Source of the DNA: a virus | Lineage: Duplodnaviria; Caudoviricetes | Reading direction: 5' to 3' (one strand) | DNA length: 30,605 bases | Virus record (IMG/VR): IMGVR_UViG_3300015370_000035 | Location: 1 to 30,605 of that record | Part shown: piece by piece, positions 8,403 through 16,433 of the stretch | Layout: each line of letters starts with the position of its first letter | Numbering within the stretch: position 1 is the stretch's first letter | The notes under the pieces: model-generated | Databases searched by the model: none | Told to the model about the DNA's origin: nothing | Seen by the model: only the letters and a program-made list of their open reading frames with translations | Made by a program: the position numbers and the translations under genes

Positions 8403-10319
8403 CTATACACCCCCCGTTTCTGCCCCTGCGACTCCACGCTTCTGCATTACTTCCTGAATGTATTGCTCTTGCTCTGGAGTCATCTGTCCCTCCTGTCCTT
8501 CACCTCCCTCTTTTGGAACGTATTCTTCAAGCGGCGGGAGTATCTCATCTACATTCTTTTCACCCCACACCACAAGAAGCCTTCTCAACATCATATAGAA
8601 TATCTTCTTTGTTCTTGGGTCTCCAAGTGCTTCTGGATTCTGTATGAGAGGATTGTTCATAATCGTTTCAAACTTGAACAGTTCGTTCTGTCTTTCCATA
8701 TCCTTATTTGCAGATATGGTATTACCCTGCATTACAAAATCAAGTCTTGTTTTAAGTATATCCTTCTCTAATTCACTCTTTGTTATTTTGCCCTTATTCT
8801 TAGCTATCAAAGGCATTCCGTCATTACCAAGTATATAGTACTCCATCTTTGGGGGCATATACTGATATGATAAACTTACTATCCAATCTGCAAGCTCACG
8901 CATAGAAGGCATTAATGTTTTTAAATAGTTATTAATCCTTATGTTTGCCTGTGCGTTCAGTACCTGAATCTTTACACCACTTGCTCGTGGGTCAGCTCCA
9001 CTTTCTCTACCTGCGGTAAAGCTTCCTATTCCAGCCCTTAACTCTGCGTATCTTGCGGTAAGTTCTTCTTCTCTATACGAAGAGAGGTTTACATCGCCAA
9101 ACTGGAACTCGGTAACGTCATCTGGACTGTTTACTGGTATCCTTGCACCGGGATAGATTGGTATGTCGTATAACGCAGCGTATGAGCCTCTCTTGACCTT
9201 TACAGCCTTGTTTATAGTAATAGCAGCATTATCTATTCTCTGATTATGCAGTGCGTTTATTTCGTATTGAGAAGACTTATTCATCTCAGCTATTCCCAAT
9301 CCCTCAAAACTATTGGGCTTGTTCTTTATTCTAAATGGTATCAATGGTCTCTTACATTTAAGATATGGAGACAGACTGCTTCTAAGCATCATTGTCTTTC
9401 CATTTTCAGCCATTGGCAACATATAGAATACGCAGTTCTCCATTATACCATCATTATCAATATCTTCGTATTTCCACAACTCATGAACTTCCCAGTAATT
9501 CTTATCTGGCTGAGCTTTTCTTATCTTCTCAAACTCTACCTTTCCACTATATTCTTCCCTTTCAAACCTTGCTATCATTGTCGGGGTTGAAACATATCTC
9601 CTTATTATAACCCAAGGAAGAATATTTACATCAAGAGTTCTTGAACCACTTGGTATTATAACGTCACGCCTATCAAGCACATCTACTGCTGGTCTATATT
9701 CAGTCGTTAACTCTACAAGTTCTTTCTTCTGTTTATTTCTAAATAAACCAGTTTTCTTATATACATACTGCTTCTCTTTCTTGTGCAGCCAATAAGGCTC
9801 AAGAAATGCTATACCCTTCATTGCGGTATCTGATATAACCAAGTCCAGTTCTGTATCTAAGTGCATAATGCCTATAGCCGTGAACTGTAGCCATTCTTCA
9901 ACCATCTTTACTTTCTCGTATCCGGTTATTCCCTCTGTGGGTGTCCACATCTTATCGGGAGAACCCGGGGGAGCTGTAACAAGCCACATTGGCTGAATGC
10001 CCGTAATAGTAGAAAGAAGTATAGATGATACTATATCGCACTCCATTGGAATTAGAGGAACAAAGTAATTTGAAGCATCTTTCCATGGAAATGACTTGGG
10101 AGTAACTACCTGATTGTATAGTTTTTCGTATTCGGCTATACTATCTTCTATACTTACTTCTTCATTCTTTATATTACTATAATTGCTTTCGTACCACTTT
10201 ATAAGTTCTTTCTTTTTGTCGTCAGATAACTCAAGTTTAGTTCTCTCTTCTTCTGACTGTCTTATTCTTTCTTCGTCTGACTGTTTCTCTTCCTGCTTGT
10301 ATTCTTTGTTATCTGGCAT
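8403..10319 (-). CDS. Portal protein (P22/podovirus-like size)
   Basis: Follows TerL; FPWKDASNYFVP, DIDNDG, FEGLGIAE, INALHNQRIDN; start placed at ATG 10319 behind AAGGAG. Confidence 0.85.
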   Translation of the reverse strand: MPDNKEYKQEEKQSDEERIRQSEEERTKLELSDDKKKELIKWYESNYSNIKNEEVSIEDSIAEYEKLYNQVVTPKSFPWKDASNYFVPLIPMECDIVSSILLSTITGIQPMWLVTAPPGSPDKMWTPTEGITGYEKVKMVEEWLQFTAIGIMHLDTELDLVISDTAMKGIAFLEPYWLHKKEKQYVYKKTGLFRNKQKKELVELTTEYRPAVDVLDRRDVIIPSGSRTLDVNILPWVIIRRYVSTPTMIARFEREEYSGKVEFEKIRKAQPDKNYWEVHELWKYEDIDNDGIMENCVFYMLPMAENGKTMMLRSSLSPYLKCKRPLIPFRIKNKPNSFEGLGIAEMNKSSQYEINALHNQRIDNAAITINKAVKVKRGSYAALYDIPIYPGARIPVNSPDDVTEFQFGDVNLSSYREEELTARYAELRAGIGSFTAGRESGADPRASGVKIQVLNAQANIRINNYLKTLMPSMRELADWIVSLSYQYMPPKMEYYILGNDGMPLIAKNKGKITKSELEKDILKTRLDFVMQGNTISANKDMERQNELFKFETIMNNPLIQNPEALGDPRTKKIFYMMLRRLLVVWGEKNVDEILPPLEEYVPKEGGEGQEGQMTPEQEQYIQEVMQKRGVAGAETGGV

Positions 10320-10422
10320 TTTTTCTCCTTGCATAAGACCTTCTCTTGAGTGCCTTTCTACGTGGTGAGTTCTTCTTTATCTTTATTCTGGATGTCAGAC
10401 TACTGAACATTGACCTTATCAT
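10309..10422 (-). CDS. Very basic 37-aa peptide (MIRSMFSSLTSRIKIKKNSPRRKALKRRSYARRKNAR)
   Basis: Not in the ORF track; TGATG overlap with the TerL stop, GGAGG RBS, ends overlapping the portal start. Confidence 0.6.
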   Translation of the reverse strand: MIRSMFSSLTSRIKIKKNSPRRKALKRRSYARRKNAR

Positions 10423-11846
10423 CAATATCCTCCATAAGGATTACTTCCAAAATCAGCACCTCTCTTCAGTGCTGCTTCAAACTTCTTTGGGTCCAGATAA
10501 GATGGTTCCTCTATTAACATATATCTTGCACAATCGGGCATATGGTCATCTTTCTTTCTTGGAACCTCTTTCTTGTCAACGTCTTTTCTGTGGAACCAAT
10601 CTTCCCAAACCCAGTTTTTAAGTTGCTTATCAAAAATTACAAGGTCATTAAAAACGAAAGTCTTTATCTCTCCGTGCTCATCTTCTGCGAACGCTTCTCT
10701 CATCATCTGTATTCCGGTGTTCACATCTGTATTAGCAGGTTCAGTTGCAACACCGTATCTAGCCAAGTCTTCCTGTATCGTTGTTCCCGTGGAGGCACTT
10801 CTTACTGCTCCACCACGAGGGTCTATGAACGAACGTTCTGTTCCACCATATTTCTCATCTTTCTTTCTTACTAGTTCAGCCCATTCCTTAGTAGTCTTTC
10901 CCTCTACAGAGAGTTCATCACAGAAATACAATACATTCTCTGGGCTAACAGCCATCCACAAAGCAGAAAATGGTCTTCTTGTATGTGGGTCTATTGCTTT
11001 CCAAACATTCCATCCGCTGGGTATACTAAATCTCTCTATTCTATTTTCTTCGCTATAATTGGGAACTATCCTACCAGTTCTAGACCTGAACTTTCCGTAC
11101 AACCTTATGTCTCTTTCTGCTTCGTCAAGTGAAAATATGTTCTCTGCTCTTTTTATCTCTTCCATACTCAGGTTGGCTTTATTATCATATATCGAAGCTA
11201 CGAAACACTCAACCTCTGGGTCATTAAGTTCGTTCCTGTAAATCTTATCATAACCCCACGACAATCCGTTCACTGGTGTCATTGTTCCCCATATGTCACC
11301 CTTACGCCTTAGAACACGCATGAAGATTTCTTCGTATATATCATAAGGTATCTCTTCGTCTATCCAAACCCAGTCCCTTGCCGCACCCTGGAATTTCTCT
11401 CTTCCGCTGTCAGCGGACTTGAAACCTATTACTGAACCGTTCTTTAAGTATAATACGTGGTTTGAATAATCCCACTTCTGTATCATATTTCTAGGCATCC
11501 AGTTGAACAGTGTCGGTTCAGCTGAATCCCTCAATGATGGAAAATCTACTCCTACAACCCAGCCAAGATTGGGTGTTTGTATGTCTCTATATGGGTGAGT
11601 TCCTGTTGATAACCAAACTGCTTCAGCTGCACCTGCCCAGCTCTTACCACTTGAGTTGGCACCATAGAACCACCTATTCCTCTTCTTGCTCTTGTGGAAC
11701 TTCTTCTGAATCTTGTGAGGTTTGTAGTATCGTATCTTCTCCTCTTCCCTCCGCCTCTGAAGCTCCATCACTGCCCTCGTTATCCTGTCCCTCGATATCG
11801 AGTTCAGATTCAGATTCTTTATCTGCTTCTGTAAATCGTTTATCAT
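10422..11846 (-). CDS. terL: Terminase large subunit
   Basis: Walker A GANSSGKS, Walker B WVWIDEE, coupling motif TMTP, nuclease AIDP and DDHMPDCARY; start at ATG 11846 (alternative 11870). Confidence 0.95.
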   Translation of the reverse strand: MINDLQKQIKNLNLNSISRDRITRAVMELQRRREEEKIRYYKPHKIQKKFHKSKKRNRWFYGANSSGKSWAGAAEAVWLSTGTHPYRDIQTPNLGWVVGVDFPSLRDSAEPTLFNWMPRNMIQKWDYSNHVLYLKNGSVIGFKSADSGREKFQGAARDWVWIDEEIPYDIYEEIFMRVLRRKGDIWGTMTPVNGLSWGYDKIYRNELNDPEVECFVASIYDNKANLSMEEIKRAENIFSLDEAERDIRLYGKFRSRTGRIVPNYSEENRIERFSIPSGWNVWKAIDPHTRRPFSALWMAVSPENVLYFCDELSVEGKTTKEWAELVRKKDEKYGGTERSFIDPRGGAVRSASTGTTIQEDLARYGVATEPANTDVNTGIQMMREAFAEDEHGEIKTFVFNDLVIFDKQLKNWVWEDWFHRKDVDKKEVPRKKDDHMPDCARYMLIEEPSYLDPKKFEAALKRGADFGSNPYGGY

Positions 11847-12222
11847 TTTCCTTCCAGTTCTCGTTCTCATTGAGGAGAGAAAGAGGCTTTACGGGTTTTT
11901 TTGGTTCTTCTTTTAACATACTCCTGAATATAGTAAGAACCTTCTTATCTGTTCCACTCTTATTTATTTCATTCAATACTTCCTGCAGTATGTCCTCATC
12001 GGTTTTATCTTTCATATCATCTGGAAAGTCCAACTTATCAGGCAGGAATTTGTTTGTTAAGGTAAGCATAGCCTTAGTAATATCAAGCCTTACCTTCTCG
12101 TTATCGCTTTCAAGAAGCCTCTCCGCCTCCATGAACGCACTTTTTGTAGCAGATACCACCTTTGCATATATGTTCCTTAAATCTCTTTCCGTCTTTTCTT
12201 TCTGTTGACTCACTTCTGCCAT
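11674..12222 (-). CDS. Probable terminase small subunit
   Basis: Immediately upstream of and overlapping terL; helical LLESDNEKVRL motif; positional inference. Confidence 0.5.
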   Translation of the reverse strand: MAEVSQQKEKTERDLRNIYAKVVSATKSAFMEAERLLESDNEKVRLDITKAMLTLTNKFLPDKLDFPDDMKDKTDEDILQEVLNEINKSGTDKKVLTIFRSMLKEEPKKPVKPLSLLNENENWKENDKRFTEADKESESELDIEGQDNEGSDGASEAEGRGEDTILQTSQDSEEVPQEQEEE

Positions 12223-12223
12223 A

Positions 12224-12490
12224 TTAGTCCTCTAGTTTAGCTAGTATATCATCTTCGTCCATAAGCATGAAACTTTTATCACCATAAGAAATAAGGGCAC
12301 CACCATATTTTGTATATAATACTCTATCATCAACTTCTATGTCTGCCGTAACATATTCTCCAACTGAAACCACGGTTGCTTCACGGGGTCTCTTCTTTGC
12401 TTCATCAGGTATTATTATACCACCCAAGGTAGTATCACTCATTTCATCCGGTTCCAATAAAACCCTAAACCCGCTTGCTCTTATCACCAC
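12224..12490 (-). CDS. groES: Co-chaperonin GroES (Cpn10)
   Basis: RVLLEP, mobile loop TTLGGIIIPDEAK, VVSVG, DRVLYTKYGG, EDDILAK. Confidence 0.93.
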   Translation of the reverse strand: MVIRASGFRVLLEPDEMSDTTLGGIIIPDEAKKRPREATVVSVGEYVTADIEVDDRVLYTKYGGALISYGDKSFMLMDEDDILAKLED

Positions 12491-12641
12491 CTTCCCCCTT
12501 TATAAAGTCTTCTATATCCAGTCTTAACCTTATTGCACTCATTTCAAAATCAAAACAATTACCATTGCTAGAAAGGATTTCAAAGCATTCAGACAGCTTG
12601 GTCAATATCTGGTTCAGCTGCTTTCTTTCCTTTTTCGTCAA
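12465..12641 (-). CDS. Hypothetical protein (58 aa, MTKKERKQLNQILTKL...)
   Basis: Not in the ORF track; TTG start with GAGGGG RBS; bridges the gap to groES. Confidence 0.5.
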   Translation of the reverse strand: MTKKERKQLNQILTKLSECFEILSSNGNCFDFEMSAIRLRLDIEDFIKGEGGDKSKRV

Positions 12642-12927
12642 GTTTGCCCCTCGTTACGTTATATTCTTTTATTAAATCAAACCAATTAATAAAATATTTA
12701 ATTAATCTCTTTATTCTCGGTTCTTCTTTCTTTATCCACTTCTTATGCTCTTTAAGATTTTCCCTATATCTCTTAATATCTCTCTTGTATTTATTCTCTA
12801 TTGAATGTAGATAATAGGCTTCTCTCATCTCACTTGGAAGCTGACCCAGCTTATATCCGCTACCAACCAACCTTGCAGCTTTCCTAGCCAGATTGTCCCT
12901 ACGTTGGATATAGTCTGTTTTGTTCAT
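12589..12927 (-). CDS. Basic hypothetical protein, first gene of the leftward operon
   Basis: 112-aa ORF co-oriented with the operon. Confidence 0.6.
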   Translation of the reverse strand: MNKTDYIQRRDNLARKAARLVGSGYKLGQLPSEMREAYYLHSIENKYKRDIKRYRENLKEHKKWIKKEEPRIKRLIKYFINWFDLIKEYNVTRGKLDEKGKKAAEPDIDQAV

Positions 12928-12947
12928 ATCGCTTCTTTTTAAAAATA

Positions 12948-13020
12948 TGGGCTCGAAAGGATTCTAACCTTTACCGCAAGGCTCCAAGGCTCCTTATGCA
13001 GTTCCCAGATTGGCGAGCCC
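12948..13020 (-). tRNA. tRNA-like element or degenerate tRNA (anticodon ambiguous, TTG or TGG)
   Basis: 73 nt; perfect acceptor stem GGGCTCG/CGAGCCC plus A; T-arm AAAGG-TTAGAAT-CCTTT; D and anticodon arms pair poorly. Confidence 0.5.
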
Positions 13021-13076
13021 GTTTATTCTACATTTAATTAAATAGACAAAAATTGTCTCTTTGCCCCCTACTATAT

Positions 13077-13103
13077 ATTATATCATACTTTTATAAAAGT
13101 CAA
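13077..13103 (-). promoter_or_regulatory. Leftward sigma70-type promoter of the packaging/head operon
   Basis: TTGACT-15 nt-TATAAT with TG extended -10; contains the palindrome ACTTTTATAAAAGT. Confidence 0.7.
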
Positions 13104-13300
13104 GGGGGTAAAACGACAAAAAGTGTCTTTTTTTTAAATAAAACGACGATTATTGTCATTCTATACCATAGATGGGTTTTAAGGCATAGATATACCAATA
13201 CCATACCAATATACCTATTTACATATATATCGCCTTAAATAGCCGTTTCTGCCATTTCTACGCTATATGTAGATATAGGCTAGAATATAGGATATCAACA

Positions 13301-13338
13301 ATATCCACAGTAAGCCTGATAGGCAGAAGTTATCCACA
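13301..13338 (+). promoter_or_regulatory. DnaA boxes
   Basis: Perfect TTATCCACA at 13330-13338 and one-mismatch ATATCCACA at 13301-13309, same orientation, non-coding. Confidence 0.45.
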
Positions 13339-13617
13339 AAAGTCTGGTTTAGAAAAAGTGTGGGATGGGATATATTATTATACCCTTTGGCTTTCGGGCA
13401 TTCGGACATTGCCTTTATGTTGTCTCCCCATCACCTATGGCTAAAGGCTTGTGGCTTGCATACCTATACTATACTATGGGGTTGTGGTATACACTATACC
13501 CTATACATTGTTGGGCTATGGTATCATATAGATACGGTATGGACAGTAGACAAACAAGCATGTATGTATCTAATGGGGGTTTTGGGGCTGTTTGTTCTGT
13601 AACTCTTGAAATGCCAA

Positions 13618-13688
13618 ACCACAACATATAGTGGTCGGGTATCGAAAAACACGGGGTTAGACACTGTCAGACCACAACATATAGTGGT
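13618..13688. promoter_or_regulatory. Tandem NrdR boxes
   Basis: Two identical 18-mers ACCACAACATATAGTGGT at 13618 and 13671, 53 bp apart; match the NrdR consensus acaCwAtATaTwGtg. Confidence 0.75.
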
Positions 13689-13840
13689 TTGGTCTTTTTG
13701 ATAGGATATATGGGTATATCAAGGCTAATGTCTAGTAGAATGGTAGACAATGTAGCTAGTATATAGTATATATAGAGAGAATGTCTAGTAAACTACTAGG
13801 GATTAGATGGGGAAAGGTGAAGGGAAAGGGGAAATCTATA

Positions 13841-13912
13841 CAATCTCAATCTCAATCTCAGCCTTTGCCTCCATCTCAATCTCAGCCCAAGTCTCAATCG
13901 TTAGTCTCAATC
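13841..13912 (+). repeat. Degenerate TCTCAA/TCTCAG hexamer array
   Basis: caatctcaatctcaatctcagcc...atctcaatctcagccc.agtctcaatc...agtctcaatc. Confidence 0.75.
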
Positions 13913-14523
13913 CCTGGTCTCTATCACCTTGGCTTGATTCCCTAACACCCCACTAACACCTCAAGCGCCACGTTATGTAGATATATATATATACTGTATA
14001 CTATATAATCTATATACCTGATGTGGTATAATGCTGTAGTTATTAATACACGTATTACTACCATTATTAATGTGGTTCTGTTGCGGGTTTTGTTCTGAAA
14101 GGGATCAATGCTAATGTATGCCTTGACTTGCGTTCGTGGCTGTATCGGGCTCTAATCGGCTATGTTTGCATTATTTTTGATTTCTTTTGCCCACTTTGTC
14201 CATTATCGCTATTCCCGCCTTGTTGTCACTAATAGTATAACCCGCAGTGCTGTAATACCGCATTATATATTATTGTGATAATCCATTATTATCTTGCGGG
14301 GTTCTTGCGGGGTATACTGCGGAGTTTCCGTGTTCAGTCAACTGAACTTTCTTACAGTGACCTTCTGGGTGACCTTTTCAGTGTCCTTTTTTGCGTTGTC
14401 AAGCGTTATATATCATTTTATTATTTATGCCATTATTTGTCTTTTAATGCTACTTTACCGACGGAGAATGTATAACTATAAAATATACTAAATAAAAAAA
14501 ATCACTTTATTTGCATTATTTAC

Positions 14524-14552
14524 TTGACAAATAAATTTTCTTGTGGTATACT
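14524..14552 (+). promoter_or_regulatory. Early rightward sigma70-type promoter
   Basis: TTGACA-17 nt-TATACT, TG extended -10, A/T-rich upstream region. Confidence 0.8.
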
Positions 14553-14603
14553 GTTAGTAGAAGGATGGGGAGAAGGAAAATAAAATAAACGAAGGAGGCT
14601 GAG

Positions 14604-14780
14604 ATGAAAGGTTTTAAAATGACAATAGGAAAAGCGGTGTTCTATTTAGTGGGTGATGAATTCCCCAAATATGAGTTTACACAAATTAAGAATATATTCT
14701 TTAACTACAAAATGACAAAAGATGAAAGGATAGATGCAATATTGAAATATTGTGCAGATAATGGCGTTGGAATGAACTAA
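14604..14780 (+). CDS. Early hypothetical protein (58 aa, MKGFKMTIGKAVFYL...)
   Basis: Not in the ORF track; AAGGAGG RBS; stop abuts ribozyme 1. Confidence 0.75.
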   Translation: MKGFKMTIGKAVFYLVGDEFPKYEFTQIKNIFFNYKMTKDERIDAILKYCADNGVGMN

Positions 14781-14845
14781 ATCCCGAAACGTCCCTATAA
14801 TAAGGATAGGGGCGTCTCTGGCTGATAGCCGGACTGATGAGGGAT
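14781..14845 (+). ncRNA. Type II hammerhead ribozyme 1
   Basis: ATCCC-GAAA-[CGTCCCTAT/ATAGGGGCG]-TC-[TCTGGCT/AGCCGGA]-CTGATGA-GGGAT; complete core; predicted cleavage after GUC at 14816. Confidence 0.93.
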
Positions 14846-14875
14846 ATCAGAATAAAATAAACGAAGGGGGCGGAA

Positions 14876-15199
14876 ATGAAAGCGAAAAAAAACAATAACG
14901 GAGAATGGGTAGTCACCGAGGGGGAGGAAAAATACATAGAGACCAGCTCTGCCCAACCAACCAATAGGCTGTTGGATGGCAGCAGGGATCACGGATACTG
15001 GATGGAGTATGAGGGACATGGGCATATAGACGGCACCCCGGTTACGGCGGTATATCTGCTGGGCAGCAGTAATAAGGATATAGAGGATGAGGGAGACTAT
15101 AACTGGGATGAGGCGCTGGCGAACGGGAGGCTGGTAGTTGATACAGACGCAATGACCGACAAGGATTGGGCTGATTTTTTGGAAAAATACTCGGGATAA
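14876..15199 (+). CDS. Acidic early hypothetical protein
   Basis: 107 aa, D/E rich; repeat leader RBS. Confidence 0.8.
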   Translation: MKAKKNNNGEWVVTEGEEKYIETSSAQPTNRLLDGSRDHGYWMEYEGHGHIDGTPVTAVYLLGSSNKDIEDEGDYNWDEALANGRLVVDTDAMTDKDWADFLEKYSG

Positions 15200-15223
15200 A
15201 ATAAAATAAACGAAGGAGGCGGA

Positions 15224-15715
15224 ATGAAAAACAAAAGAATCATAGCAAGAGCGTTGCCAGTAGACACTACGTATAGATTAGTTAATGTAGATTATGCTGG
15301 TGAAGGTGACGCTTCTTTTTGGCAGTGTGAAAACTGCGGTAAAATGATAAAGAACTTATGCACAGTGGAAAGCGGAACTGGAAAGCGGTATATAATAGGT
15401 ACTGAATGTTGTGATAGGCTGACTGGAATAGAGCCCTCAGATACTAAAGAAGCGAAACGTATATTGCGTATACTTAAAAGCATAAGGAAAAAGATTATAG
15501 AGAAAAAGAATGATAATAACTTCTGTTGCCTTATTGACTACTGGAAAAATGGTAGTACTGGAGAAAGCGGTTGCACTATTAGGTATATGAGCAAAAAAGC
15601 ATATGAGAATGACAATGTAGTTATGGGGTCTTTTGCCGTGTCTGGAGTGGGCGGTTTCAAGTCTATATCAAGCATAGTTGACTACCAGGATATTAGAATT
15701 TGCAGGGTTGCCTAA
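15224..15715 (+). CDS. Early Zn-binding hypothetical protein
   Basis: CENCGK.IK...IGTECC; repeat leader RBS. Confidence 0.8.
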   Translation: MKNKRIIARALPVDTTYRLVNVDYAGEGDASFWQCENCGKMIKNLCTVESGTGKRYIIGTECCDRLTGIEPSDTKEAKRILRILKSIRKKIIEKKNDNNFCCLIDYWKNGSTGESGCTIRYMSKKAYENDNVVMGSFAVSGVGGFKSISSIVDYQDIRICRVA

Positions 15716-15718
15716 CAA

Positions 15719-15783
15719 ATCCCGAAACCGCTCTACAATAAGGATAGGGCGGTCTCAAGCTTAAGGCTTGACTGATGAGGGAT
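15719..15783 (+). ncRNA. Type II hammerhead ribozyme 2
   Basis: ATCCC-GAAA-[CCGCTCTA/TAGGGCGG]-TC-[TCAAGCT/GGCTTGA]-CTGATGA-GGGAT; predicted cleavage after GUC at 15754; stems covary with copy 1. Confidence 0.93.
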
Positions 15784-15806
15784 AAATAAAATAAGGGGGG
15801 CGTAAG

Positions 15807-16040
15807 ATGGTAATACAAGTAGAGGATGTAAAAAAAGAAAATAGAAAATATTTTAGAGAAGAGTTATTAAAAAAGGGCGTAAATATAGTATCTTTTGCAG
15901 ATGATAATGCCCGTGTTGAAATCAGGCAAGCTTATTTTATAAATGAACAGGAATTAAAAAGAATATCTGAAATTAAAAAGGCGGTTTATAATTTTATAAC
16001 AGATTTTAGGCATTATCAGTTTAATAAATCATTAAAATAA
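15807..16040 (+). CDS. Early hypothetical protein
   Basis: 77 aa; G-rich RBS after ribozyme 2. Confidence 0.75.
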   Translation: MVIQVEDVKKENRKYFREELLKKGVNIVSFADDNARVEIRQAYFINEQELKRISEIKKAVYNFITDFRHYQFNKSLK

Positions 16041-16056
16041 ACGAAGGGGGCGGACT

Positions 16057-16209
16057 ATGGAAATGATACTTGGTTATATTTGGGGAGCTGGGGTCTTGGC
16101 TCTGATAGGGTTGGGCGGAGCGGTAAGGGCAGAGGCGGGCAGGCGTGATTATGAGGCTGAGAGGTTGGCGAAGATACGGCGGGCGTTGAAGTATATCAAG
16201 GTTAGGTAG
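16057..16209 (+). CDS. Small membrane protein (50 aa, MEMILGYIWGAGVLALIGLGGAVRA...)
   Basis: Not in the ORF track; repeat leader RBS; N-terminal TM segment and basic tail. Confidence 0.65.
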   Translation: MEMILGYIWGAGVLALIGLGGAVRAEAGRRDYEAERLAKIRRALKYIKVR

Positions 16210-16241
16210 AGCAACACTATAATAAGGTAAAAGGGGGAAAG

Positions 16242-16415
16242 ATGAGATATCGCTGGACAAGGGAAGAGTTGGAAAGGGCAACGGAGACGGAGATTTTGAG
16301 GTCATTAGTGGTAGAGCGACAAAGTTTTTGTACAAATATGTATGCTCCACTCTACAAAAGACTGGCTGAGATTTATAGCAATCTTAGCAAAAAAATAGAA
16401 GAGGAGGCGGAATGA
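16242..16415 (+). CDS. Hypothetical protein (57 aa, MRYRWTREELER...)
   Basis: Not in the ORF track; AGGGGG RBS. Confidence 0.65.
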   Translation: MRYRWTREELERATETEILRSLVVERQSFCTNMYAPLYKRLAEIYSNLSKKIEEEAE

Positions 16416-16433
16416 AAAACAAAAGGGGGAGCT

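Larger units (their letters stand above)
14578..16054 (+). repeat. Dispersed leader repeat (A)AATAAAATAAACGAAGGRGGC
   Basis: Copies at 14578-14599, 14851-14871, 15199-15220, 16033-16054 and a partial copy at 15784-15800; each lies directly before a start codon. Confidence 0.9.

Noticed and set aside
11891-11905. A7 slippery run in the putative terS as a TerS-TerL frameshift site
   Set aside because: Both the -1 and +1 frames hit stop codons before reaching the terL reading frame.
1588-12675. Plus-strand ORFs over the head operon (e.g. 11510..12208, 8238..8771, 10573..11058)
   Set aside because: Antisense shadows of well-supported minus-strand genes, with Ser/Phe/Leu-biased composition and no RBS.
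13053-14491. Short ORFs in the central region
   Set aside because: No convincing RBS, low-complexity sequence and atypical composition; treated as non-coding.
14578-16054. Repeats as a CRISPR array or integron attC sites
   Set aside because: Spacing is gene sized and irregular, the repeats are non-palindromic RBS leaders, and there is no cas or integrase gene in the window.
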